Positions 45,438 through 55,306 of a stretch of 64,000 bases of DNA are shown one piece after another; within the stretch, counting starts at the first letter, position 1; every line of letters starts with the position of its first letter. The DNA is taken from positions 1,008 through 65,007 of the forward strand of contig JAHWHY010000006.1 of NCBI GenBank assembly GCA_019323015.1, read 5' to 3'. This DNA is from Candidatus Woesearchaeota archaeon. GTDB lineage: Archaea; Nanobdellota; Nanobdellia; Woesearchaeales; ARS49. The notes beneath the pieces were generated by a model. That model was given only the letters and a program-made list of their open reading frames with translations, ran no database searches and had not been told where the DNA came from. A program made the translations under genes and the position numbers.

Positions 45438-46421
45438 ATGTTTGATGTAATTACTGTTGGAAGCGCGACTGTTGATGTTTTTATTTCTTCTAAGTCAAGA
45501 AGTGTTGATTTGTTGTGGAAAGGCAAAAAAGAAGAGGTTTGTTTTCCTGTTGGTGCGAAGATCTTGATTGATTATCTGCATATGGATACTGGCGGTGGTG
45601 GAACAAACACTGCTGTGGCTTTCTCAAGATTAGGTTTGAAGACTGGCTGGGTTGGCAAGATTGGGACTGATATCAATAGCAGTATTGTTCTTGAGCAGAT
45701 GAAGAAGGAAAAAGTGAAATTTTTGGGCAAGGTTCAGCAGGGAGGAAGCACGGGTTTTTCAGTTATTATAATAGGTATTGAGAAAGACAGGACTATTCTT
45801 GCTTACAAGGGAATAAATGATACATTAAAGAAATCTGATGTGAATTTCAATAAGTTAAAAACAAAGTGGATTTACATGGGTTCTATGATGGGCGATAGCC
45901 TGAAGACAGCAGGGCAGATTGCTGATTATGCCAAGAAGAAGAAAATTAAGATAGCTTTCAATCCTAGTTTGTATCTTGCAAAATTAGGATTGAAGCAATT
46001 GAATAAGATAATTTCTGCATGCAATCTTTTGGTTCTTAATATGGAGGAGGCAAAGGCAATTACAAGAAGCAGCAAGCCGGTTGATGATTTATTGAAGCAA
46101 TTGCAGCAAAAGATTCCTTTAGTGATAATAACTAATGGCAAGAAGGGTGCTTATGCATATAATGGAATAAACAAGTATACTTTAAGGATTGGAAAGCAAA
46201 AGGTTGTTGAGACAACTGGTGCAGGTGATAGTTTTGCTTCAGGAATTCTTGCAGGAATCAGTATGGGTTTTGATATTGAGAAATCCCTGCGCCTTGGTTA
46301 TGCAGAGTCTGTCTCTGTTCTAGGATATATCGGCGCTAAAGAGCAGTTGTTATCAAGAACTCAAGCTCTAAAAGCAATGAAGTCAAAAAAATTGTGCAAG
46401 ATTACAAAGAAAAAAATATAA
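45438..46421 (+). CDS. PfkB-family carbohydrate/nucleoside kinase
   Basis: TGAGDSFASG motif and an N-terminal GSATVD motif. Start re-called at MFDVITVG. Confidence 0.75.
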   Translation: MFDVITVGSATVDVFISSKSRSVDLLWKGKKEEVCFPVGAKILIDYLHMDTGGGGTNTAVAFSRLGLKTGWVGKIGTDINSSIVLEQMKKEKVKFLGKVQQGGSTGFSVIIIGIEKDRTILAYKGINDTLKKSDVNFNKLKTKWIYMGSMMGDSLKTAGQIADYAKKKKIKIAFNPSLYLAKLGLKQLNKIISACNLLVLNMEEAKAITRSSKPVDDLLKQLQQKIPLVIITNGKKGAYAYNGINKYTLRIGKQKVVETTGAGDSFASGILAGISMGFDIEKSLRLGYAESVSVLGYIGAKEQLLSRTQALKAMKSKKLCKITKKKI

Positions 46422-46928
46422 TTACTGTTCTAATGGTTTTTCTGCTAATCTTTTCTCTTCTTCCTTGATTGCAGTCATTCGTTGTTCTAATTCAGCGATT
46501 ATTGGGGCTGATTGTTCGTCTGACAAGCACATCACGTATACTGGCATGGGTCCTGTGTGTGTCAAGCCGTTGTATCCTGCCAGTTCAGCGTCTTCTGCGT
46601 ATCTTACGACTGCGTCAATAATGTCTTTTGGTTGTGTAGGCTCAAGCTCTGCATAGTGGCTCTCTGTTTCGCTAAGGTGCAGTTGTACCCCGCGAAAAAC
46701 ATCTTTCATTGTATTTCGCACACGGATAGATAATCTGTCTTGTGATATTGTGATAAAAGGTAATGGCACATCTGGCTGCGGTCTATCTCCTACATTTACT
46801 GCAAATCCTCTTCTTGCAACATAATCAAGGTCTTCAGAATTGTGTGCTTCGTGGATTGCATCTAAGTCTGGCCCGTCAAATCCCATGTATGTGCTATTAT
46901 GTTGTTCATCCATTATTATCTCCCCCAT
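46422..46928 (-). CDS. hypothetical acidic protein with atypical composition
   Basis: 168 aa, Lys-poor and Asp/Glu-rich. Local GC is visibly higher than the flanks. Confidence 0.4.
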   Translation of the reverse strand: MGEIIMDEQHNSTYMGFDGPDLDAIHEAHNSEDLDYVARRGFAVNVGDRPQPDVPLPFITISQDRLSIRVRNTMKDVFRGVQLHLSETESHYAELEPTQPKDIIDAVVRYAEDAELAGYNGLTHTGPMPVYVMCLSDEQSAPIIAELEQRMTAIKEEEKRLAEKPLEQ

Positions 46929-47025
46929 AAATTAATTCAAGGTAATCCTGCATGATTTAAAAAGATTTGTCTTCTTCGTTATATTTATATAATAGCTATT
47001 CTTATTTAAATAAAAAGAGGGTATC

Positions 47026-47856
47026 ATGAATCTTAAAAAATTGCAGGATAAGAATGGCAATTACACTATGCTTGCTTTGGACCAGAGAGGTTCTTTTGTC
47101 AGGGCTTGCACTAAGACTTTAGGAAAAAAGCCGACAAAGAAGCAGGTTACAGAGGCAAAAAAGAGAATCATCAAGGCTATTGGCAAGTACCCGAGCGCAA
47201 TCTTGTTAGATCCTATCTATTGCTTGCCTTTGGCAAAGCTTGTTCCTAAGGCATTATTGTTTTGTGTTGAAAAAAGTGGTTATGTTGAGAAGCCGCAGGG
47301 AAGAAAAACACAATTACAGCCTAATTGGGGTGTTAAGCAGGCTGTAAAAAAAGGTGCTGTTGCAGTTAAGATTAATATCTTGTATAATCCAGAAGCTTCT
47401 AAAGATGTTGTAAAGCATCAGCAGAAGATTGCTGAAAAAGTTGGAAAAGCCTGCAAGAAACACAATGTTCCTTATTTATTGGAGTTTGTTGTTTATCCAT
47501 TAAAAGGAGATTTCAAGAAAAAACTTCCTGATTTGGTTTACAGGTCTGCTAAAGAATTCAGCAAAAAGAAATACAACGCAGCTATACTAAAGCTTCAATA
47601 TCCTGGAAACCTGAAGACCTGTAAAAAGATTACAAAGAATATCAAGCAGCCCTGGATTCTGCTAACAGCAGGCATTCCTTTCAAGGATTTTGCAAAGCAG
47701 TTGAAGATTGCAAAAAAAGGCGGCTGCTCTGGATTCTTGGCAGGCCGTGCTGTGTGGCAGGATGCCCTGAAAATAAAAAGTATTAAAAAGCAGAATGACT
47801 GGTTAAAGACAAAAGGAGTGAAAAACATTAAGACTCTGTTGAGGATTATGCAATGA
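47026..47856 (+). CDS. class I aldolase of the DeoC/LacD (tagatose-bisphosphate aldolase-like) family
   Basis: MLALDQRGS motif and a Lys-rich TIM-barrel pattern; 276 aa. Confidence 0.55.
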   Translation: MNLKKLQDKNGNYTMLALDQRGSFVRACTKTLGKKPTKKQVTEAKKRIIKAIGKYPSAILLDPIYCLPLAKLVPKALLFCVEKSGYVEKPQGRKTQLQPNWGVKQAVKKGAVAVKINILYNPEASKDVVKHQQKIAEKVGKACKKHNVPYLLEFVVYPLKGDFKKKLPDLVYRSAKEFSKKKYNAAILKLQYPGNLKTCKKITKNIKQPWILLTAGIPFKDFAKQLKIAKKGGCSGFLAGRAVWQDALKIKSIKKQNDWLKTKGVKNIKTLLRIMQ

Positions 47857-48302
47857 AAATTTATCTAGGCTCTGATCATGGCGGTTTTAAATTAAAACAG
47901 CACATAAAGAAATATCTTAAGAGATTAAAGTATCAGGTTGTTGACAAGGGAAACACAAAGTATGTCATGACTGATGATTACCCTGATTATGGTTACAAGG
48001 TTGCTAAGGCTGTTCAGAAAGCTAAGGATGCCAAGGGTATTGTTTTCTGTGGCAGTGCAGAAGGCATTTGTATTGCAGCAAATAAGGTGAGAGGCATTCA
48101 TGCGGTTCCTGTGTGGACTCTTGAGAATGCGAGGCTGAGCAGGCAGCATAATAATGCGAATGTTTTGTGCTTGTCTGGCTGGGGCTTGAATCCAAAAAAG
48201 GCTGAGAAGATTGTCAAGACCTGGCTTGAGACTGATTTTACTTTTGAGCCAAGGCATGTTCGCAGATTGAAAAAGATTGCTAGTATTGAAAAACATGGTT
48301 AA
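47853..48302 (+). CDS. rpiB: ribose-5-phosphate isomerase B (RpiB/LacAB family)
   Basis: MKIYLGSDHGGFKLK N-terminus; 149 aa. Confidence 0.8.
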   Translation: MKIYLGSDHGGFKLKQHIKKYLKRLKYQVVDKGNTKYVMTDDYPDYGYKVAKAVQKAKDAKGIVFCGSAEGICIAANKVRGIHAVPVWTLENARLSRQHNNANVLCLSGWGLNPKKAEKIVKTWLETDFTFEPRHVRRLKKIASIEKHG

Positions 48303-48951
48303 GAAACATATTGTTCCTGCTATTCTTGTTAAGAAGAAATCTGATTTAGTCAAGAAACTTAGAGGTGCAGCTCCTTATTGTCAGAGGGTTCAGATTGATA
48401 TAATCGATGGTAAGTTTGCAAACAATAAGACAATCGGTCCAAAGAGCATTAAGGGAGTTAGGACAAAACTAAAGAAGGAAATCCAGTTGATGGTTAAGGA
48501 CATGGATAAGTATGTTGATGCTTTCATAAAACAAAAGCCTTGGATGATTATTTTTCATATTGAGTCCTGTAAAAACAAGAAGCATGTTGATGAATTGATT
48601 AAAAAGATTAAAAAAGCAAAGATTAAGGCAGGCATTGGCTTGAGTCCTAAGACTCCTGCTTCTAAAGTAAAGCCGTTCCTTAAAAAAATTGATTTAGTTC
48701 TGGTTATGACTGTTAAACCAGGATGGGGAGGCCAGAAATTCATCAAGAAGATGCTTCCTAAGATAAGGCAGTTAAGAAAGTGGGATAAAAAAATAGATAT
48801 AGAAGTTGATGGTGGCATAAAGCCTGGCACTGCTTGTCTTGCTGCAAAAGCAGGTGCTAATGTGTTTGTTGCTGGCGGAGCTATCTATAAAGCAAAAAGT
48901 ATAAAAAGTGGTGTGCAACAATTAAAGAATGATGTAAGATGTATGACGTAA
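48295..48951 (+). CDS. rpe: ribulose-phosphate 3-epimerase
   Basis: QIDIIDGKF, VMTVKPGWGGQKF and DIEVDGGIK motifs. Start alternatives are 48277 or 48295. Confidence 0.75.
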   Translation: MVKKHIVPAILVKKKSDLVKKLRGAAPYCQRVQIDIIDGKFANNKTIGPKSIKGVRTKLKKEIQLMVKDMDKYVDAFIKQKPWMIIFHIESCKNKKHVDELIKKIKKAKIKAGIGLSPKTPASKVKPFLKKIDLVLVMTVKPGWGGQKFIKKMLPKIRQLRKWDKKIDIEVDGGIKPGTACLAAKAGANVFVAGGAIYKAKSIKSGVQQLKNDVRCMT

Positions 48952-49841
48952 TTATTATTGGATGCGGGCCAGCAGGCTTGTCTGCTGCGATTTACACTGC
49001 AAGAAGCCAGTTAAAGACTCTTGTTCTTGGTTCTAAGGAGAATTCAATGCTCTGGAAAGCTCATTTCATACAAAACTATTTTGGTGTTGAATTAGAAGGC
49101 AAGGAAATGCTTGAGAAAGGCATTGATCAGGCCAAGAAGCTTGGTGCTGAATTAGTTGAGGCAGAGGTTGTTGGTGCCAAGGGAAAAGATGGTTCTTTTA
49201 CTGTTACAACAGAGGATAATAAAGAGTATGAAGGCAAGACAATTATTATTGCTACTGGTACTGCGTGTGCTCCTGCTGGAATAAAAGGTGAGAAAGAATT
49301 AACTGGAAAAGGCGTGAGCTACTGTGCTATCTGTGATGGTTTTTTCTATAAAGACAAGAAAATAGCAGTTATTGGCAATGGAAATTATGCTGCTCATGAA
49401 GCAATTGAATTATTGTCTTTCACAAAAGACATAACTGTTTTTTCTCAGGGAAAGGATTGGGAGATGTCTCCTGGGTTCAAGAAAGCTCTGGAAAAAAAGA
49501 AAGTTCAGCTAAGAAATGATAAGATTGCTGAGTTCAAGGGCAAGAACGCGCTTGAAGGTTTATTGATTGGTGATAAAGAAGAGAAGTTTGATGGTGTTTT
49601 TGTTGCAATGGGCACTGCTTCTGCCTTGAGTTTTGCGCAAAAATTAGGAATTGAAATTAAAAATAATGCTATTGTGATTGACAGGGAATGCAACACTAAT
49701 GTCAAGGGTGTTTTTGCTGCTGGCAACTGCACAGGATGCTATCCGCAGGTTGCTGTTGATGTTGGCGAAGGTTCTGCTGCTGGCTTGTCTGCAATCAAGC
49801 TGGTTAAAGGCAAGGAAATGCATGTTGATTATTGCACCTAA
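48939..49841 (+). CDS. thioredoxin-reductase-like flavoprotein disulfide oxidoreductase (CAIC variant)
   Basis: GCGPAG FAD motif, CAICDG in place of CATC, and a GNGNYA NAD(P) motif. Confidence 0.6.
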   Translation: MYDVIIIGCGPAGLSAAIYTARSQLKTLVLGSKENSMLWKAHFIQNYFGVELEGKEMLEKGIDQAKKLGAELVEAEVVGAKGKDGSFTVTTEDNKEYEGKTIIIATGTACAPAGIKGEKELTGKGVSYCAICDGFFYKDKKIAVIGNGNYAAHEAIELLSFTKDITVFSQGKDWEMSPGFKKALEKKKVQLRNDKIAEFKGKNALEGLLIGDKEEKFDGVFVAMGTASALSFAQKLGIEIKNNAIVIDRECNTNVKGVFAAGNCTGCYPQVAVDVGEGSAAGLSAIKLVKGKEMHVDYCT

Positions 49842-49903
49842 CACAAACTCAGATGAGTTTGTGGGATAAAAAAATTGCACATTAAAGCACAAGGTTTAAA
49901 CCT

Positions 49904-50767
49904 GTGCAATTATTTTATAAAAAGAGGATGAAAAAATTAACTGATATTAAAGACTTGAAGCTTATGGCTAACACTGTCCGCCAGGATATTATCAGGATGT
50001 TGGTCAAGGCTGGTTCTGGTCACTCTGCAGGCCCGCTGGGCATGGCTGATGTTTTCACAGCGTTATACTTTAATGTTCTTAAGCAGGATCCAAAAAAACC
50101 ATTGGCTCCTAATAGAGACAGGTTGATTCTTTCTAATGGTCATATTGTTCCTGTTCGTTATGCTGCAATGGCAAGGGCAGGTTATTTTCCTGTCAGTGAA
50201 TTGTCAACTTTAAGAAAATATGGGTCTAGATTGCAGGGCCATCCTAGCAGAAGATGGTTTCCTGCTATGGAAGCTGCTACAGGAAGCTTGGGCCAGGGTG
50301 TCTGTCTTGCAGTTGGCATGGCGTTAGCAGCAAAGCTTGACAAGAAAAAACATCATATTTACTGTGTGACTAGTGATGGCGAGCATGATGAGGGCAGCAC
50401 TTGGGAAGCGATTAATGCTGCAAGCAAGTACAAATTAGATAATTTGATTTTCATACTTGATAGGAATCATATCCAGATTTGTGGTTATACATACAATGTC
50501 TGGCCCTTGGAGCCGTTAAAGGCAAAATACAAGGCATTTAATTGGAATGTTATTTCAATCAATGGCAATGATTTTAAGCAGATTCTTAATGCAGTAAAGA
50601 AAGCAAAAAAATCCAAGAAACCAATTATAATAATTGCTAATGTTATTCCTGGTAAAGGTGTTTCATTTATGGAAAACAAGTATGAGTGGCATGGCAAGGC
50701 TCCTGATGAAAAGCAGGCAGAAAAAGCTTTGTCAGAATTAATTGAAGCGAGGGCTAAGATAAGATGA
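49904..50767 (+). CDS. transketolase, N-terminal (TPP-binding) subunit
   Basis: GHSAGPLGMADV and SDGEHDEGSTWEA motifs; split transketolase, first half. Confidence 0.8.
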   Translation: MQLFYKKRMKKLTDIKDLKLMANTVRQDIIRMLVKAGSGHSAGPLGMADVFTALYFNVLKQDPKKPLAPNRDRLILSNGHIVPVRYAAMARAGYFPVSELSTLRKYGSRLQGHPSRRWFPAMEAATGSLGQGVCLAVGMALAAKLDKKKHHIYCVTSDGEHDEGSTWEAINAASKYKLDNLIFILDRNHIQICGYTYNVWPLEPLKAKYKAFNWNVISINGNDFKQILNAVKKAKKSKKPIIIIANVIPGKGVSFMENKYEWHGKAPDEKQAEKALSELIEARAKIR

Positions 50768-51657
50768 AGTCAACAAGAGATGGTTATGGTGAAGTGATTG
50801 TTGAGTTGGCTAAAAAGAACAAGAATATTGTAGCTCTTAGTGCAGATTTAACGCCTAGTGTAAGGTTAGATGCTTTTGCAAAGAAATTTCCTAAGAGATT
50901 TTTCCAGGCAGGTGTTGCAGAGGCTAATATGATTGGCATGGCTGTTGGTCTTGCTTTAGAAGGTAAGATTCCTTTTGTGTCTAGTTTTGCTGTTTTTGTT
51001 CCTAATCGCTGCTTGGATCACATTAGGCAGAGTGTTTGTTACACTAATGCTAATGTAAAGATTGTCTCTACTCATGCTGGGATGATTACAGGTCCTGATG
51101 GTGCTACTCATCAGGCTCTGGAAGATATTGCTGTCATGCGTGCTCTTCCTGACATGACTGTTATTGTTCCTTGTGATTATGACCAGGCAAAAAAAGCAAT
51201 AACTGCTGTTGCCAAGCATAAGGGTCCTGTTTATGTTAGGTTGACTAGGCCTAAGACTCCTGACCTTCCTAAGCAGTCTTTCAAGATTGGCAAGGCTAAT
51301 GTCTTGAGAAAAGGAAAGAATGTCACGATTATTGCCTGTGGTCCTGTTGTTTATGAATCTTTAGAAGCTGGAAAGAAAGTCAATGCTACTGTTATTAATT
51401 GCCACACAATAAAGCCTTTGGATAAAGCAACTATTCTGAAGTATGCAAAGAAATCAAAAAAGATTGTCACTGTTGAAGACCATCAGATAAGGGGCGGCTT
51501 AGGCGGTGCAATAGCAGAATTATTAGGTGAAAACCATCCTGTTAAGTTGAAAAGAATTGGTGCAGATGGTTTTGGTGAGTCTGGTTCTGAAAAGGATTTA
51601 ATGAAGAAGTTTGGATTGACTGTTTCTAATATTGTGAAATATTGCAGATTGAATTGA
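50764..51657 (+). CDS. transketolase, C-terminal subunit
   Basis: Pyrimidine-binding and C-terminal domains (RFFQAGVAEANMIGMA...). 4-nt overlap with the N-terminal subunit gene. Confidence 0.8.
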   Translation: MKSTRDGYGEVIVELAKKNKNIVALSADLTPSVRLDAFAKKFPKRFFQAGVAEANMIGMAVGLALEGKIPFVSSFAVFVPNRCLDHIRQSVCYTNANVKIVSTHAGMITGPDGATHQALEDIAVMRALPDMTVIVPCDYDQAKKAITAVAKHKGPVYVRLTRPKTPDLPKQSFKIGKANVLRKGKNVTIIACGPVVYESLEAGKKVNATVINCHTIKPLDKATILKYAKKSKKIVTVEDHQIRGGLGGAIAELLGENHPVKLKRIGADGFGESGSEKDLMKKFGLTVSNIVKYCRLN

Positions 51658-51694
51658 TATTGTCTGGAAATAATTAAAATTGTAAATAAGAAAT

Positions 51695-52447
51695 TTAGTT
51701 TTGTGCTGCTCTTGTTACATATCCGTATTGGCTCTGTGTGTATGTGAATGGCCTTACATACTGTGCCGGTGCCTGTATCTCTCCTATCAGTACTATGTCA
51801 TCACTTGGTCTTGGGTCATTGTCATTCTTTGGTTCTTTTGTTATGATTACATAATCATACCCATCAAGGTATGTTGTTATCTTGTATGTCAGTGCTCCTA
51901 CTCCGCCGAATATTGCCTTGAAAACTCCAAGGCTTGTCCTGTATCCGGTGCTTGAGGAATATAGCCATGCTTCGTATACTGTGTTGTCATTGTATGAAGG
52001 CGCAATATCTTTTGTGCTGATTATTACTTCTCCTACTGCATTTGATCTTGATTGTGAACTGTAGATTCTTGCTGTTCCTCTTGGCGCGTATGGAGGGTAT
52101 CCTCTTTCATATTCTTCCCAGCCTCCTGGTGGTGCCAGGTATACTGTCTGGTCTATTCTGTATGGTATGCTTCTTTGCTGTGCTCTTACATCGAGGTTTG
52201 TTACTCTGTCAATTCCGCCTCTTAGTGGGTCTGTGTATATGGAGTATGTGTATGGGTAGTCTGATTTGTAGTATGGGTCATATCCTTGCAAAGAGTGCCC
52301 GTATATTTGTTCTTTAGAGCCGTCTGTTTGGCTTTTCAGTACATCGCCGTAATCAACTATCTGCGTGTAAGGGTTATATGCTTCTACTATTGCTATGGCT
52401 GATAAGAACGCCATTACTGCAATTCCGAACATGATTATTTTTTTCAT
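51695..52447 (-). CDS. secreted hypothetical protein, Y/P-rich (paralog of 52444-53241)
   Basis: Signal peptide. The C-terminal half aligns with the upstream neighbour (YEAWL...YVIITKEPKND...DIVLIGEI versus YEAYL...FVMVTKENFPE...DVVLLGEI). Confidence 0.55.
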   Translation of the reverse strand: MKKIIMFGIAVMAFLSAIAIVEAYNPYTQIVDYGDVLKSQTDGSKEQIYGHSLQGYDPYYKSDYPYTYSIYTDPLRGGIDRVTNLDVRAQQRSIPYRIDQTVYLAPPGGWEEYERGYPPYAPRGTARIYSSQSRSNAVGEVIISTKDIAPSYNDNTVYEAWLYSSSTGYRTSLGVFKAIFGGVGALTYKITTYLDGYDYVIITKEPKNDNDPRPSDDIVLIGEIQAPAQYVRPFTYTQSQYGYVTRAAQN

Positions 52448-53241
52448 CTTATCAAGTCAAAGTACCTGTCGTAATATGATTGTGCACTTACAGGAGCCTC
52501 TGTTTTTCTTATTAATGGAATCTCTCCTAATAATACCACATCTCCTTGTGGTCCTTTTTGTCTCTCTGGAAAGTTCTCTTTTGTAACCATCACAAATTCA
52601 TATGGGTATAAGTCATTTGCTATTTCAAATTGCAGCGTGTTTAGCTGGCCTATTCCTGGGGGTATTATTCTTCCTATTGAAAGTGCAAATCCTGTGTCTT
52701 CATCTACAAGATATGCTTCATATATTTCATATGGCTCTAGTTCTGGAAGGTATCCTACTCTTAGGTATATTGTTGATCTTGGCATGTATGAGTGCTGTGT
52801 TTTTTGGCTGTCCCTGTTTGTCACGATTCTTACTGCTCCTGATGGCTGTCTTGGTAATAGCACGCTTCCCTGGTCATATGATGGTGCCTCTATAGGTATC
52901 AGGTCTACGAATTCATCTAGTATCGGGTATCCCCTTACTCTTGGGTCATAGTTTCTTGTTGCCTGAGGATTCCTGCCTTGTATTATCCATTCATTGTATG
53001 GCAGGTTTGAGTCTATTGATGTTGAGCCCTTGAATCCCCCTATTGTCTGTCTGGAGTTTGTTGCGTATTTTATTCCTGTCCAGCCGACTGGCCTGACAAA
53101 CTGGTCTCCGAAGTATATGTCTCTTTTCTTTTCAGCAGAGAAAGTGTCTTTTTTGAAAGGCAGTGTCCATTGCTCTGCTGCAACAGACAAAGCTAGTATT
53201 GAGACAAATATGAGAATCACTAGTAATTTTGCTGTTCGCAT
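52444..53241 (-). CDS. secreted hypothetical protein (paralog of 51695-52447)
   Basis: Signal peptide. 4-nt overlap with its paralog. Confidence 0.55.
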   Translation of the reverse strand: MRTAKLLVILIFVSILALSVAAEQWTLPFKKDTFSAEKKRDIYFGDQFVRPVGWTGIKYATNSRQTIGGFKGSTSIDSNLPYNEWIIQGRNPQATRNYDPRVRGYPILDEFVDLIPIEAPSYDQGSVLLPRQPSGAVRIVTNRDSQKTQHSYMPRSTIYLRVGYLPELEPYEIYEAYLVDEDTGFALSIGRIIPPGIGQLNTLQFEIANDLYPYEFVMVTKENFPERQKGPQGDVVLLGEIPLIRKTEAPVSAQSYYDRYFDLIR

Positions 53242-53423
53242 TAGTTAACCTCTTTTCTTTCTTTATTATTATATAATTCCTTTATAAACTTTATGTTTTT
53301 TTTCAGTAGTAGAAAACTTTAAAATATGCCTTTAAATAGGGGCCTTCTTGTGCCTTTGCCGTATACTTGTGTTGCTTTTGTAATTACACAGCTTTTTATA
53401 CTTTGATTTCTTAGTTTTTATAT

Positions 53424-54272
53424 ATGAATATTGCAGATATTGTTTCAGATAAAAATTGGGGCTTGTTTTCTGAACCTGTGGTTTTTCCCAGTCTTGAGTC
53501 TGAAGGTGATAACATTTATGCCCCTTGTGTATTGCTCGAGGGCAGCAGGTTTAAGATGTGGTATGGGGGGCAGGGAAAGGATGGCCATGACAGGATTCAT
53601 TATGCAGCGTCAAGCAATGGTGTTGATTGGGTGAAGAAGGGTGTTGTATTGGACAATAAAGATTCTTTGCATGTCAATGATCCTTCTGTTGTTTTGGTAG
53701 ACAACACGTATTACATGTATTATAGCAGGGCGCATAAGAAAGATACAGAATGCAGGATATGTCTGGCAACTTCTGTTGATGGCATTGATTGGCAAAAAAG
53801 AGGAGAAGTGCTTGGCGTCAGTGATAGATCCTGGGATTCGCTTGAGGTTGCAAGACCTAGTGTTATTTATGAAGACAAAGTATTTAAGCTGTGGTATGAC
53901 GGTTCTGATGGAAAAGACAGGCATGCGGGTTATGCAGTGTCTGAGGATGGGTTAAATTTCAAGAAGCACAATGATTATGTTTTGGATTCTGTCGGCGCAG
54001 TCAATGTGAATCGTGTAGGTGATAAGTATCTCATGCTTTTTGAGAGCAGAGAAGGAACATGGTGTGCTGTGGGAGATGATGAGCGCAAGTTTAACAGCAA
54101 GCATTTGTTGATTGGCAGGTCTGGTTCAGTGCATGATGTTTTTGGCCATGTAACGCCTTTTCTTTTGCAGGGTGCAGACAGGATTGCTATATTTTTAGGA
54201 ATGGCAGCATCAAAACAATGGTGCAATAACAGAATTGGGCTTGCAGCATTCACAGTTCAAACTCATCAATAA
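53424..54272 (+). CDS. glycoside-hydrolase-like 5-bladed beta-propeller protein (GH43/GH130/DUF377-like)
   Basis: Repeated WYGG / LWYDGSDG blade motifs and DPSVV. Confidence 0.45.
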   Translation: MNIADIVSDKNWGLFSEPVVFPSLESEGDNIYAPCVLLEGSRFKMWYGGQGKDGHDRIHYAASSNGVDWVKKGVVLDNKDSLHVNDPSVVLVDNTYYMYYSRAHKKDTECRICLATSVDGIDWQKRGEVLGVSDRSWDSLEVARPSVIYEDKVFKLWYDGSDGKDRHAGYAVSEDGLNFKKHNDYVLDSVGAVNVNRVGDKYLMLFESREGTWCAVGDDERKFNSKHLLIGRSGSVHDVFGHVTPFLLQGADRIAIFLGMAASKQWCNNRIGLAAFTVQTHQ

Positions 54273-54522
54273 AACCAAGAATTAATTTATACTTTTCCAG
54301 GAATTTGAATCCCCTGTCTGTGAGTGTTATGAATTTCTTTCCTTTCTTGTCCTTTATTTCTTTTACTAATCCTTTTGACAATAATTCTTTGTAATATTCT
54401 GTGAAGCTTTGCGAGGACAGGTTAGAGTATCTAAGCAAGGGTGTTGGTTTTACTGAATTGTGATTATCACTTATAATTTTTAGTATATCGTGAATCACCT
54501 CTATCCTGTCTCGTTTTCTCAT
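54250..54522 (-). CDS. small winged-helix DNA-binding protein (putative regulator)
   Basis: 90 aa with a wHTH-like pattern (LSSQSFTEYYKELLSKGLVKEI). Confidence 0.4.
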   Translation of the reverse strand: MRKRDRIEVIHDILKIISDNHNSVKPTPLLRYSNLSSQSFTEYYKELLSKGLVKEIKDKKGKKFITLTDRGFKFLEKYKLILGFIDEFEL

Positions 54523-54534
54523 TGGCCTTCAAGT

Positions 54535-55194
54535 TTATTTTGTCCACTTGGACACTTTATAGTAGATTATGCCGAATAATGCAATTGATATCACTTCAAG
54601 AGCTATTCTTATCTCAAATCCAAGAACTCTTCCAGGAACCACCAGTATGAGGCTGATGATCCAGAACGCGAACATGAGGAAGTAAAGCAGGGCTGTTCTT
54701 GAGAATTTTGCTTTCTTGCTGCGTAAGACCAGGCTTAATACTATTGCAACGACAAGAAGAACTGCTTGTGTTATCAGGAATATTGGGGGTGATAGTGCTG
54801 CTGCAACTGCTATCAGGACTGCGAGTATGTTTGCTGCAATGAAAAAATCCCTGCTTGAGAATCTTTTCCAGATTGTTGAGTAAATCAGGAAAAGAAGGGC
54901 CATTGTGCTGAAGTATGCTGTAAACAGTATCATTATAGGCATCATTGCCCCTCTTGGTATGTATATGGTGCCAATCCATCTGTCAGTCATTCTTATCAGG
55001 CTGAAGATGAATCTAAAGACATACGCTAGCCCAAAAAACAGAAAAGTGTTCCTGAAATAGGATATTCCTTTATGTTTTGTCAAATCATAGATTTCTTTTG
55101 TCTTGAAGTATATCAAGAAGCAAAGAAACAACACAATCAAGGTATATATCAGTTCTGTCGCGAACCATATTGGATTATGGAACATTGGAGGCAT
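54535..55194 (-). CDS. polytopic membrane protein, hypothetical
   Basis: 6 TM helices. Confidence 0.4.
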   Translation of the reverse strand: MPPMFHNPIWFATELIYTLIVLFLCFLIYFKTKEIYDLTKHKGISYFRNTFLFFGLAYVFRFIFSLIRMTDRWIGTIYIPRGAMMPIMILFTAYFSTMALLFLIYSTIWKRFSSRDFFIAANILAVLIAVAAALSPPIFLITQAVLLVVAIVLSLVLRSKKAKFSRTALLYFLMFAFWIISLILVVPGRVLGFEIRIALEVISIALFGIIYYKVSKWTK

Positions 55195-55306
55195 GTTATC
55201 ACCTATTCATTGCAGGTATTTAAAGCTTTATAAAAACTGTGGACGTTAAGTGCACCTGTTCACTTTACGTCCATCTTATTTATAAAGGGGAGGGGCTAAA
55301 ACAGGT

